Positions 17,837 to 28,200 of a stretch of 64,000 nt of DNA are shown piece after piece. The stretch comes from a virus. Both the position numbers and the translations under genes were made by a program. Numbering within the stretch: the stretch's first letter is position 1; every line of letters begins with the position of its first letter. The stretch spans positions 97,209-161,208 of the IMG/VR virus record IMGVR_UViG_3300037042_006682; one strand, written 5' to 3'. The notes beneath the pieces were generated by a model. That model did not search any database. It saw only the letters and a list, made by a program, of their open reading frames with translations, and was not told the DNA's origin.

Positions 17837-18745
17837 TCAGTACTCGACCCCTAGCGCGTCATCCACCAACTTGGCTGTCCGCGCATCGAGCTTGCGTGCT
17901 AGCGTCCGCAGGGCCACGGGGGAATAACCCATCTTGCGCATCATGGGATTGGCCCGCTGCAGGAACATCTCCAGGGGGGTCCCCAATGCCTTGACCAGCG
18001 TCACGACCGGCTTGTCCAACCCGCCCCCCATCAAGGTCGTGAGCTTGTCCTGCAGCAACAGGGCATACACATAGGCCAACGCGGCCTCCGCGTCTTCTGG
18101 ATTCGTGTCCATCACGGCCTCCGCGACCGCCTTGCCCTTGCCGCCCGCCGCGCAGCCCCCCTCATCATCCGCCTTGGCCTTCCCCTTCCCCTTGGCCGCC
18201 TTCTTCTTGCCCTTGCGCCCTTCGTCGAGGATCGCCCGGAGCGACGCCAGCAGGGGGTCCGCCCCCTCCATCTCGGGCTCCGCGTCCGCCGCGCTGCCGT
18301 TGGGCTCCTCGGGCTCCAGGTCCTGCGCGCCCTCGTCCTCCAGGTCCGCGCCCTCGTCGCCCTCGGCGATGGCCCAGCCCACGGAGCCCTCCGCGTCGAT
18401 CGCCAGCATGGTCTCGTCGTCGAGCATGATCACGGCGCCCGGCGGGTCCTCATCCAGCGCCACCCCCACGACCTCGGCCGTGGTGTCCGCCGGCACCTCG
18501 ACGGCCTCGCCGTCCTCCGTGTACGCAATCGTGTCGCTGACCGCGACGAGGGGCACGCCCTCCTCCCAGCCCGCGAACAGGTCCCCCTCAGCCATCGCGT
18601 TGGGCTCCTCCGGCTCCAGGGCCTCCCCGTCGCCTTCAAACCCCGCGTCCACCATCTCGCCTTCGGCCTCCGCGCCCTCGCGCACCACGGCCACGGCCTC
18701 GCCCGCCTGCCCCTTCAGGGCCTCCATCAATGCTCGCATCGTCAT
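17837..18745 (-). CDS. Very acidic leader-bearing protein (MTMRALMEA), possible prohead core/scaffold-like
   Basis: GAGGAG RBS; E/D-rich, LEPEEPN twice, internal SLRAILDEG followed by a Lys-rich patch. Confidence 0.75.
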   Translation of the reverse strand: MTMRALMEALKGQAGEAVAVVREGAEAEGEMVDAGFEGDGEALEPEEPNAMAEGDLFAGWEEGVPLVAVSDTIAYTEDGEAVEVPADTTAEVVGVALDEDPPGAVIMLDDETMLAIDAEGSVGWAIAEGDEGADLEDEGAQDLEPEEPNGSAADAEPEMEGADPLLASLRAILDEGRKGKKKAAKGKGKAKADDEGGCAAGGKGKAVAEAVMDTNPEDAEAALAYVYALLLQDKLTTLMGGGLDKPVVTLVKALGTPLEMFLQRANPMMRKMGYSPVALRTLARKLDARTAKLVDDALGVEY

Positions 18746-18785
18746 CGCTCGATCTCCTCGTGCGGCCCGCAGCCGCGCTATGCCT

Positions 18786-18805
18786 GCGCTGCGCATGCGC
18801 AGCGC
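18786..18805. promoter_or_regulatory. YR palindrome GCGCTGCGCATGCGCAGCGC
   Basis: Intergenic, 4 bp after a stop. Confidence 0.8.
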
Positions 18806-18809
18806 CCGC

Positions 18810-19313
18810 CTACAGGGTCACCGTCACGTTGCGCTGCAACGACTTCTCCGAGGTCTTGATCACCTCGTCAAAGGTCACGTAAAACATCATGTTGTCCCCC
18901 GCATCGAACGCCGCCAGCTCGAACAGCGAGGGGCTGCCCCCCGTCCCATCGTCGTTCGCCTCAGCCGCGTCCAGCGCGCAGACCACCGTGAGCACGTTGT
19001 CCACCACGCTCACGGTCCCCGGCGCCAAGGGCTTGCAATAGTACCAGTTCTGCCCCACGCGCGTCCCCACGAGGGCCGTCCCCTCGCTCCCCGCCGGCGT
19101 GGGCCAGCCCGGCGGCACGGGGCACGCCGCGCCGCCCGCCGCCTGGATGTCCCCGTAGCTCGCCGCTGGCGCCGGCATCGCCGACCCCGAGGGCAGGTTC
19201 GCGCACCCCCACTTCACATAGCTGAGCTTCAGGGCGTCGAGCGGCGCGCCGTCCCGCGCCACCGCCGCGTACCGCTCCCGGTAGAGGTCCGTAAACACGC
19301 CTGCCGATGCCAT
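18810..19313 (-). CDS. Baseplate / tail-collar fibre-attachment protein
   Basis: C-terminal LFELAAFDxxDNMMFYVTF..IK pattern typical of tail-collar fibre N-terminal domains. Confidence 0.65.
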   Translation of the reverse strand: MASAGVFTDLYRERYAAVARDGAPLDALKLSYVKWGCANLPSGSAMPAPAASYGDIQAAGGAACPVPPGWPTPAGSEGTALVGTRVGQNWYYCKPLAPGTVSVVDNVLTVVCALDAAEANDDGTGGSPSLFELAAFDAGDNMMFYVTFDEVIKTSEKSLQRNVTVTL

Positions 19314-19325
19314 GCCGTCTCCTGT

Positions 19326-21764
19326 CTAGCGCGTGATCGTGAACGTGAAGCGCACCTCGCCGTTCGCCACCGCCGCCGTTGCCCTCGCCTGGAGCGTAAC
19401 CGCCCCCGCCCCGGCGAGCAAGGAAGTCAGGTCCACCGCGCCGCCGCCCGGCGCCACGCGCCACACCAGGTCGTCGTAGCCCGTGCGCACGTCGTCCAGG
19501 CCCCACGGGGTGTCCCCGTCCACGTCCACCCAGATCGACTGCTCCTCGCCGATCTCGTTGAGGTCGCCCCGCTGCTCCACCGTCAGGAGCACCTGCGTGG
19601 CCCCCGCGAGGTCCTCCACGTCGAAGGCGTGCGCCACCGTGGCCCCCGCCTCGACCGCCAACAGCACGTGCTGGCTCGTCAGCACGAGGGCCCCCGTCAC
19701 CGGCAGCACGTGCCCGTCCATCGGCAGCACGTCCGCGGGCCACCCCGGCGCATCGAAGGTCTCCGTGAACGGCAGCACCGTCACGAGGGTCTCCTGCAGC
19801 GCGCCCACCGCGAGGCCCGGCACCCCCATCCCGATCGCCGTCGTGTAGACCAGCGCGTACTCGCTCACCCGCACGTGGATCGGCACCAGCGTCGCCTCGA
19901 TCTTCGCGATGAGGCGCCGGACCGCCGCGTCCAGCGGGAGCCCAAACCCGAAATAGGTGTCCGCCCCCCAGGGCCCGCCCTGCGGCGTGATCTCCACCCG
20001 GATGCGGTTGCTCCGGCAGTACCCGCAATCCACCAGCAGCTCCGGCCAGTAGCGCACCGCCACGTCCGCCCCCAACGCCGGCGTGGGCGCCGCGGGGTCC
20101 TGCCCCACCACGACGTCCCAGTGCCACCGCAGGGGGTCCAGCGGGTCGACCCCCGTCCCCACCTCCGCATCGATCCACCACACGGCATCCCCCAGCGCCG
20201 GCGGCACGCCCCCCGCCCGGTCGTACACCGAGAGCCCGAAGACCCCCTTGCGCACCCCCCGGAAGTCCCCCAGGGCCTCCTTGAGGATCGACACCGTAAC
20301 CACGTGCCCCCCCATCAGGTTGTAGCCCGCGGCCTCCGCCGCCGTGAGGTCCCGCACCGCCACCACGCGCGCGGGGTCCCGCTCCGGGTGGGCATAGCCC
20401 TGCGCCACGTCCAGCGCGAAGGCGAGCCCCACGGAGAGCCCCGCCGGGGAGAAGTCCTCGTACAGGAAGCAATCGTCGATCAGCGTCTTCCAGCGATCCG
20501 CCTCCACGGCGTCCCGCCAGTCGTAGTACCGCACGTCCGCGTTGATGTCGTCGAACCGCACGGCCCGCGGCTCGATCGTCGTGTACCACTTGTCCCCCAC
20601 GTGATGCACCGCCGGCGCCGGCAGGAGCCCCGCGAACCCCGCGTCGCCCAGTAGGTGCAGGGGCCGCGCCGCCACCGCGAAGCCGCTCACCGCCCCGCGG
20701 ATCCGGTAGCTCTCCGCCGTGGCCTTCAGCCCGAAGAACTTGTGCGCGTGCGCGATCGTCGCGCGCTGCACGCTCTCCGGGTCGTTCGCATCGTTCTCAA
20801 ACCCAAAGTCCCGCGCCAGCACGTCCAGCAGGCTCGCGGGCCGCGCCGCCACGTAGTAGCCCGCCACCCGCCAGTCCGCCGTGATCGGCGTGGTCCCCCA
20901 CGGCAGGTCCCAGGTCCCCGTCCAATCGGGGCTCGCGAGCGCGCGCTCGTAGTCCACGGTCCCCCGCGCCTCCCCGAGGTCCGCCTCGCCCGTGCCGGGG
21001 TCCACGAAGTACAGCACGCCATAGCCATCGTAGGGGTCGTTCGGCACGTCCACCAGCGCCACGCGGTCCACCCACCAGGGGCTGCTGTACCACAGCACGA
21101 GCCCCGCCGCGGCCACCGTCAGGGGCCCCGACGTGTCCATGGGCCGCAGGCGCCAGGGCGCCCCCGGCAGGGCCACCGGCGGCGTCTGCGTGCCGTCCCC
21201 AGCCCCCACCGCCACGCCGTACTGCGTGGCCGGCCACAGCCCCAGGGGCACCCCCGCCACCCAGACCTCGTTCGCCTCGGACTGCGCGGGGGCCGCCGCG
21301 TCGAAGAGGCGCGTCCGCACGTTCACCACGCGGTAGCGCGCGCCCCCCCACTCTACCCACCACTGCGGGGCCACCCGGCTGATGGCCGCATAGGGCGCCC
21401 ACGCCACGCCGAAGGCCTCGTCCCCGTAGGGGAAGGCGCTCGCCAGCGCGGGCTCCCGCAGCACCACCACGGGGCCATGCGTCGCGTCCACCACCCACGT
21501 CGCGCTCTCAAAGTACAGCCACTCCTCGGTCCCGAGCCGCCCCCGCACCTGGAAGGGATCCCGCTGCGCCGGCAGCGCCGCGATCTGGTCGCGCACCGCC
21601 TCCAGCTCGTCCGCCCACGTCCCCAGCAAGCGCTGCAGGACGTCCCCCTGGCCCGCGTCCTCCGCCTGCCAGAGCTGCGGCACGTTGCCCCACAGCACGC
21701 GCCGCGCCCAGCTCCCCTGGCCGAAGCGCCCGCTACCAAATGGCTCGTTTCCAAAGGTCGGCAA
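19326..21764 (-). CDS. Baseplate wedge protein (P2 gpI / T4 gp7-like)
   Basis: LWGNVP..D..LQRLL; LLDVLARDFG..QRATI..LKAT; IEATLVPIHVR. Confidence 0.65.
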   Translation of the reverse strand: MPTFGNEPFGSGRFGQGSWARRVLWGNVPQLWQAEDAGQGDVLQRLLGTWADELEAVRDQIAALPAQRDPFQVRGRLGTEEWLYFESATWVVDATHGPVVVLREPALASAFPYGDEAFGVAWAPYAAISRVAPQWWVEWGGARYRVVNVRTRLFDAAAPAQSEANEVWVAGVPLGLWPATQYGVAVGAGDGTQTPPVALPGAPWRLRPMDTSGPLTVAAAGLVLWYSSPWWVDRVALVDVPNDPYDGYGVLYFVDPGTGEADLGEARGTVDYERALASPDWTGTWDLPWGTTPITADWRVAGYYVAARPASLLDVLARDFGFENDANDPESVQRATIAHAHKFFGLKATAESYRIRGAVSGFAVAARPLHLLGDAGFAGLLPAPAVHHVGDKWYTTIEPRAVRFDDINADVRYYDWRDAVEADRWKTLIDDCFLYEDFSPAGLSVGLAFALDVAQGYAHPERDPARVVAVRDLTAAEAAGYNLMGGHVVTVSILKEALGDFRGVRKGVFGLSVYDRAGGVPPALGDAVWWIDAEVGTGVDPLDPLRWHWDVVVGQDPAAPTPALGADVAVRYWPELLVDCGYCRSNRIRVEITPQGGPWGADTYFGFGLPLDAAVRRLIAKIEATLVPIHVRVSEYALVYTTAIGMGVPGLAVGALQETLVTVLPFTETFDAPGWPADVLPMDGHVLPVTGALVLTSQHVLLAVEAGATVAHAFDVEDLAGATQVLLTVEQRGDLNEIGEEQSIWVDVDGDTPWGLDDVRTGYDDLVWRVAPGGGAVDLTSLLAGAGAVTLQARATAAVANGEVRFTFTITR

Positions 21765-21772
21765 CGCCTACC

Positions 21773-22168
21773 TCACTGGGGGTGCGCCTGCAGCCACGCC
21801 GCGTGCGCCTTGGCAAAGGTCTCCGCCAGCGGCACCTCCACCGGCGCCCCCGAGGGCCACGCCGTCGCGCCCGCCACCATCTCTGCTGGAATCTGATCCG
21901 CCGTCACCCCCTTGGCAAAGCGCCCCGCCCCCACGAGCCACTGCATCACAGCCTTCGCCGCCCGCAATCGCTCACACGCCTCCTCGGGATACCCCGCAGG
22001 AAGCTCGCCATACACCATAATATCCGCCCGCCGCTTCTCACAGGCAGGGCAGAGGGGCGTCGCCACGACCCCGATGCCCACCGTCATGTCCGCCGCTGCA
22101 TACACCGTCGGCGCCCCGCACATGCACACGATCTCCACACCGTCAACTAGCAGCCGCTTGATCGACAT
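21773..22168 (-). CDS. Small Cys-containing hypothetical protein (possible fibre chaperone)
   Basis: GGAGG RBS; CMC and CPAC; follows a fibre gene. Confidence 0.7.
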   Translation of the reverse strand: MSIKRLLVDGVEIVCMCGAPTVYAAADMTVGIGVVATPLCPACEKRRADIMVYGELPAGYPEEACERLRAAKAVMQWLVGAGRFAKGVTADQIPAEMVAGATAWPSGAPVEVPLAETFAKAHAAWLQAHPQ

Positions 22169-22177
22169 CGCATCCTC

Positions 22178-24322
22178 CTACACGTAGGTCACTACGGCAC
22201 ATCCATGCCAATACGCAGACTCATAAACATCGAGGGTGTCCGTTTCTACAGTGGCCAATGCCCCAACGCCATCCCCCGGTATCCCTGTTCCCCCAACTAC
22301 CGTAGGCATAGCAGCGATGCGTATCTGCACCGTCCTCTCAAAGGTAATCGAAGCAACAAAACCGCGATAGGTCCGATGGATCTCCGAAAAGGCCACACAT
22401 GGTTGCGACAAGGCAGAAGGGTTGTAAAAACCAAACCCCAATGGCACGCACTCCACGCTGCCCCCGCCCACCACGATCGGCGAGAGATGGCCTGCGAGCA
22501 CCGAGTCCATCCACGAGATCGCAGTGTCCCAGCCTAGCAGCGCCCACCCCGTCGCATACCCCGACGACAAGCGACTCTTGTCGTACATCTGGAATCCGCC
22601 CAGCGCCGTGATCTCGAACATCTTGGCGTCAAAGTCGGTATCGTCCGGCCGCCACTTGCTCGTTGCCTGGTTCCAGTAGGCGTTCGTCGTGACCATGATG
22701 GCGCCCGCCCCGCCAAAGTAGATGCGCGACTTGATGGACGAGGTGCCCCCGCTCTCCCAGAGGAGCCCCAACGCATCCTGCCCCCCCACCCCTGGCTCGT
22801 ACGCGCTGGATAAGTAGGTGGTGTCGTTGCTCAGCGTCACCTGCCCGCCCGCCAGCGTCACGCCGCTGTCGAGCGTGAGGAGCCCCACCACGTTGGCGAT
22901 CAGCGCCGTGATGTTGAAGATCCCCCCGCCGATGTCGAACCCGCTGGCCCCGCCCACGTTCCCCACGCGCGTGTACGCGCTCCAGTTCGCCAGGTTGTTC
23001 CAGGCGAGCCCCCCGCTGAAGGCCCCGTGCTTCGCGAGCAGCATGGGCCCCATCTGGTTGTCGGAGCTGAGCCGCAGCATCGTCACCGAGGTCTGCGGCG
23101 CGACCGGCGCGCGGTGGAAGTTCCCCGCATTGAGGTACCCGCCCACGATCGCCGCGAAGCCCAGGGGCGAGCCCCAGTACAGCGTGATCGTCTGCCCCGT
23201 CACCAGCGAGTCATCCGTGATGCCGTGCGACCGCCAGATCTGGACCGCCCCGCTCGGCGCCGTCTCGGGGTCGATCTGCGGCACGCGGCCGTTGATCGCC
23301 CCCGTCAGGATCGCGATGGCCTCGGAGACGTTCTTGCTCGTGATGCTGGTGGGGTCCCCCGCGACGTCCCGCGTCGGGATGTCCTCGGCGTGCGGGAAAA
23401 CGTCGAACTCCTCCAGGAAGCGGTCGTCCGTGACGAGGTCCCGCACCGTGGCCCGCGTCCAGTACCACGCGGTCCCCGCCGGGGGCGCCGTGTCGCTCGT
23501 CTTCGTGAGGTCCAGCTTGATCCAGGGGTTCGTGACGAACCCCTCGCTGTCCGCCGTCGCCAGCGTCGTGGCCCCGCTGTCCGCATACAGCGACGCCACC
23601 GTGATGCGCCCGTGATCGTCCCCCACGTAGGGCCCCTGGAACCGGAAGCTCCCATCCCCCGCCCCCAACTGGACATAGCTCGATTTGATCGTCCACGCGC
23701 CGCCCCCCAAGGGGCAGTACACCTTGCCCGTGATCTGGAACACGGGGGGCGCCCCCGTGGGGGCCGCGAAGTTCACGTAGGCGCGCTTCACCGTCACGCG
23801 GTCCAACGACGCCGTCATGCGGTAGCAGCTCGCCGGCGTCGCCGACGTGCTGCGGTCGATGTAGCTGTCCAAGATCGTCGTCGCCCCCATCGGGATCGTG
23901 ATCTTGGCCAGGCGCACCGCGCTCCCGCTCGTGCTGGGCGCCGTGGTGTCCACGTAGAAGGCCCCGCTCGTGGGGGCCCCCGTCGCGTAGGTGCAGCTCA
24001 GGTACACGTAGTACGTCTTGGTGCTCGGCATCGTGCCGCCGCCCCCGGTGAACTGCCCACTAAGGTTCACCGCGACGTCCGTCGCGTAGCGCACCGCGAG
24101 GGCCGCCCCGCCGGTCTTCTCCACCCACAGGTAGAAACTATCCTGCTCCCCGTTGGGCGTGATCTTGACCGTCTGGGTGCCCTGCGCCATGACGTAGCCC
24201 CCCCGGTAGATGCCAGGGTCCAGCACCGCAAGCGCCTTGTTGATCCCCTCGGAGACATAGGTCTCGCGCCACCGCACCTTCATCTGCGCCTCGGGGATCA
24301 CGACCGTCTGTACTACCGCCAT
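22178..24322 (-). CDS. Tail fibre / receptor-binding protein
   Basis: G/T/S-rich; N-terminal baseplate-anchor-like region (YYVYL..VRLAKITIP..I..D); lower-GC C-terminal tip. Confidence 0.7.
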   Translation of the reverse strand: MAVVQTVVIPEAQMKVRWRETYVSEGINKALAVLDPGIYRGGYVMAQGTQTVKITPNGEQDSFYLWVEKTGGAALAVRYATDVAVNLSGQFTGGGGTMPSTKTYYVYLSCTYATGAPTSGAFYVDTTAPSTSGSAVRLAKITIPMGATTILDSYIDRSTSATPASCYRMTASLDRVTVKRAYVNFAAPTGAPPVFQITGKVYCPLGGGAWTIKSSYVQLGAGDGSFRFQGPYVGDDHGRITVASLYADSGATTLATADSEGFVTNPWIKLDLTKTSDTAPPAGTAWYWTRATVRDLVTDDRFLEEFDVFPHAEDIPTRDVAGDPTSITSKNVSEAIAILTGAINGRVPQIDPETAPSGAVQIWRSHGITDDSLVTGQTITLYWGSPLGFAAIVGGYLNAGNFHRAPVAPQTSVTMLRLSSDNQMGPMLLAKHGAFSGGLAWNNLANWSAYTRVGNVGGASGFDIGGGIFNITALIANVVGLLTLDSGVTLAGGQVTLSNDTTYLSSAYEPGVGGQDALGLLWESGGTSSIKSRIYFGGAGAIMVTTNAYWNQATSKWRPDDTDFDAKMFEITALGGFQMYDKSRLSSGYATGWALLGWDTAISWMDSVLAGHLSPIVVGGGSVECVPLGFGFYNPSALSQPCVAFSEIHRTYRGFVASITFERTVQIRIAAMPTVVGGTGIPGDGVGALATVETDTLDVYESAYWHGCAVVTYV

Positions 24323-24341
24323 GGCTTACCTACCTCGCTCG

Positions 24342-24361
24342 CTGCGTACGCGCGTACGCAG
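24342..24361. promoter_or_regulatory. Perfect YR palindrome CTGCGTACGCGCGTACGCAG
   Basis: Intergenic, 2 bp after a stop. Confidence 0.85.
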
Positions 24362-24363
24362 GG

Positions 24364-24861
24364 TCAGTCCTCTAGGATCCCACACTTGAAAAACACCAGC
24401 ATCGCCTCGGCATCGAGGATGCCGTCGGGGATCTCGGTCCGCTTGATCTTGTAGGGCTCGAAGTCGGTGGTGAGCCGGAGCAGCTCCTCCTCCTTCTTCG
24501 TCAACGCCTGCTCATCGATCTCCGCCTGGGGGTGCTCCTGACGGAGGGCCGCCTGGGCGATCTCCAGGGCGTCGGGATGCGCGATCTGATACCGGAAGGC
24601 CCCCGGCTGATCCATGATCGGCGTCCGCTTGGGCTCCCCCGCCGCCGTCTTCTCCGCGTGCGCCTCGACCAGCTTGTTCCGCGCCGTGCTGAACGCCTTC
24701 ATGGCCTCCGTGGGCTCGATCTGCTTCTTGAGATCCTCGATCGGCTTGTCGAGCTTCGCCCGATTCCGCGCGATGGCCCACGCCACATTCGTCACCTTGA
24801 CCGCACTGTGCCGCCGCAACGTCGCGTCGCACACCAACATCAACTCGTTCAACAACTGCAT
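24364..24861 (-). CDS. Helical hypothetical protein in the fibre region
   Basis: AAGGAG RBS; charged coiled-coil composition. Confidence 0.75.
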   Translation of the reverse strand: MQLLNELMLVCDATLRRHSAVKVTNVAWAIARNRAKLDKPIEDLKKQIEPTEAMKAFSTARNKLVEAHAEKTAAGEPKRTPIMDQPGAFRYQIAHPDALEIAQAALRQEHPQAEIDEQALTKKEEELLRLTTDFEPYKIKRTEIPDGILDAEAMLVFFKCGILED

Positions 24862-24900
24862 CGTCCTGCTCCTTCATTGGCCACGTTCAACCGTCCATCT

Positions 24901-24919
24901 TTGAGTGGTTCTTACTCAA
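24901..24919. promoter_or_regulatory. Inverted repeat TTGAGTG-N5-TACTCAA
   Basis: Intergenic; same motif at 40133 and 60779. Confidence 0.55.
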
Positions 24920-24973
24920 GCCACGCTACCACAGCCGATCGCCCCCCGCCAACCTTCCGCGCACCCATGCACG

Positions 24974-25228
24974 TCACGCCACGGGGATCTTCGCGATCTC
25001 CGCCTCGACCACCATGGCCTGCGCATCGAGCGCCGTGAGCTGCGCCTCCAGGCGGGGCTTCACGGTCCCCATCGCATAGGCCACCGCCACCGCGATGCGG
25101 TCCGGCTCCGTCGCCCCGAACACGAGCGCCTCGACCTGCTCCGTCGTCACGCCACCCCCGCCCATGCCCAAGTAATACTGCCGCAGCATCTCGTTCGCCC
25201 ACGCCTTCTGATCCGTTGTAAAGGCCAT
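24974..25228 (-). CDS. Small hypothetical protein with C-terminal coiled coil
   Basis: AGGAG RBS. Confidence 0.7.
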   Translation of the reverse strand: MAFTTDQKAWANEMLRQYYLGMGGGGVTTEQVEALVFGATEPDRIAVAVAYAMGTVKPRLEAQLTALDAQAMVVEAEIAKIPVA

Positions 25229-25243
25229 CCACGTGCTCCTGGG

Positions 25244-28200
25244 TTAGTACCGCGTGATCTGATTGGGCATCCGTGCGTCACACGGATCGGGGATGAAATT
25301 CTGCTTATACTTCGCCACCCCCACATGACACTGGAAGTTGCTGATCGATCCCGCCATCGACCGACTCGCCGCCTGCGCATCATTGAAAAACGTCGGGGTT
25401 GCCGACGAGGCCCCGACCAACGTCGTCGTCGTGACGCTCTCGGACATATAGCCATTCTTAAACATCTTCAACGAGGACCCACTGCGCACGACCGCGATAT
25501 GCGTCCACCCAATACCGAGAACCGACGAATTCACGGTCGCCGCCAAGGTCCGCGTAACATCGTACAACATCGCCTGGATGATTTTGCCTGTCGTCTGGAC
25601 AATCTGGAACCCATAGTTGTTGCCCCCCATCAAGGCGCATCCCCCCACCACGATCCCATACACCCCTGAACCGGGGGCACTCGTCAAGTGGACCCAAAAC
25701 TCAATCGTGAAGTCCCCCGCCCCCAACGACAGCGGCATCCGAATGGCCGTCTGTGGCACGACCTCTACACCAAACGCCACGACCCACCACGGCTGGCTCA
25801 TCGACCCGTTACATTCAATCTTTGGAGACGCTTTTACTGTCGGAGATACCTTGCGCGACCCATGCACCCAATGCTGGCACTCCGCCGTGTAGGCCCGGCG
25901 ATACTGATCCACCGTGGTCGGCGGCGTAAAGGCCCCCGTCCACAACGCCTTGCCCACAAAGATCCGCAACTGGTCGGCATACCCCGCCGTCGTCTCATTC
26001 GTCGTCCCATACGCTGCCCACCCCAACGCCACCCAATTTATGAGGGAGTAGTTCGACGCGACGACCTGCGAGCACACGGAAACCCCACCGACATACAGCG
26101 TGATCGTCGTTCCCACCCGCACTAACGCGACGTGCTGCCAGACATTCGCGATGCGCGACGTATACGAGGGCACCACGTACTGGACCGATCCGTTATAGAC
26201 GGAAAAACAGAAATAACCGCTAGTGTTGGTGTAAATCCGGATCGCCCCATATGTCTCCACCGAACTTAACGGCCAATTACACGAATTCACAAACAAATCG
26301 AATTCCGTTAAACTGTATGATCCTCTTGTCCAGAAATCGACCGTAAAATCCTGCGTACCAAAGACCGTCCCATTGACCGGCGTCGCGATCCACCCCGGTG
26401 TCGATAAAACATCATGACTGAATTCAGCCAGTGCAACACGATCATACGGCATCACCTGCGTCGTCCCCGTCAAAAACTCGGGTGACACCGAGGCAATACT
26501 ACCGCTATGCACGAAATCCCGCCGATCCGTCGGCGGCGTAAAACTGGTCGTCCACAAGGCCGTCCCCTTCAACACCTCAACACAGGCAATGGCCCCCAAG
26601 ATCAACTGCTGTCCCGACGGATTAGCCCCCCCACTATCTCCAATGGTAAAATACCCGGACATGTTGTCCCAATACTCGGTGCTCGATGTCTCGCTGCCCC
26701 CACTAACCCCGTCAATATAGACCGTCGTCGTCGTCCCACTGCGCACGATCGCCGCGTGATGCCAATTACCATCATTAAGCGTCACGCCTGCGCGGGAGGC
26801 CGTAATCGCGTGCTCCGTTGCCCCCGCATTGACCGCCTTCCATCCCAGTTGTGTCGCACTATTGATCGACAGACGGAACGCCACGCTCGTATTAGAAAGT
26901 GCCACACCACGGTTCAAAAGAATCTTAGGGTACGCCGTCCCCGCATAACGAAACCACAGGTGGATCGTGAAGGGGTCATTGGCTAGGTAATACTTGTTCC
27001 CCGTACCAGCTTCATAAATGGCTTCAAACTTTGTAAAGTCAAAGGCCGTCTGGACACAGCACGCCCGCGCCCCCGACTGGAAGGCGATCGCATACCCCAT
27101 GCCCCCAAAAGTGCGGTGCATCCGTTGATAGTTGGATGTCCCCCCCGTGCTGATCAGCCCCGCCGGACGCTCCGCCCGCCGGGCCATCGACCCCCCCGTA
27201 TTCGTCGCGACCGTCCCGCCCCTGACGGGCATCCCGCGATACTCGGACAAGGTTCCCCCCAAACTACCTGGGAAACTCATCCCATCGGGGCCAGCATCCA
27301 CCAGACGAAAGCCCAACCCCACCTCTACACTATTCCCACGCAGGAAGAACTTGACGTTGCTCATCTCCGCGTAGTCCGCCGTGGTCACCGGCGGCGTAAA
27401 GGGCGCCGTCCACCGCGCAGCGGCCGTGAACCGTATGTTCACCATCCTGCCATAATGGAACGCCGCCGACACACTACCCACCGTGAACGGTTGAGACGAA
27501 GACAGGCTCTGCCACGGCGTGGGTTGTGAACTGTATGCCGGTTCCACCCCGTTGACATACAACTTCCCCTGTCCCGCCCCCATCCCACTGCGCACAAAGG
27601 CCACATGCGTCCATTTACGTTGCGGCACCACTCCGGCCACAGAGACGACCGCATCCCCCGTTCCGCACGATAACGCCCCCGTTTTGGTCACCAGGAAAGA
27701 GTAATCGCTCGATCGACTGCAAATCTCGGTAATATATTGACTGGCATTATTCCACTCGCTGAACACCCAGGCATCCAACGTGTAATTCCCGTATCCTAGG
27801 TTAAACGGCGTGGTGCTACTCGTCTGGGCATACCATGTGGCTTCCAGGTGTTCCAATTGCTCTTCATCATCGACGAACACCACCGAACTGTTCTTACGCA
27901 ACATTTTTGTGGGCGGCGCGAAGTCCCCCGCATACAACGCCTGACCAATCGCAATGCGCAAACCAGCAATCTTGCCAAGAAAATAATTAACCGCTGTATA
28001 ATATCCAGTAAACTCCGCCGCTAACATCAATGGGGCACTTGTAAATTCCAAGACCGAGGAACCAATGCTAAAGGTCTCTGTCTTCCCATCAATGGCAAAC
28101 AACAGACTGCTACCCACACGACTGATCGCCACATGGTACCATCGAGACAACTCTAGCGTTACCGTACTATCCACAGTCACCGTCGCCCCTGACGCGGTTG

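Noticed and set aside
18105-20654. Long plus-strand ORFs (this one and many others, such as 43759-46158, 50743-52785 and 57720-59681)
   Set aside because: Antisense shadows of GC-rich minus-strand genes; R/P/H-rich, without motifs or RBS
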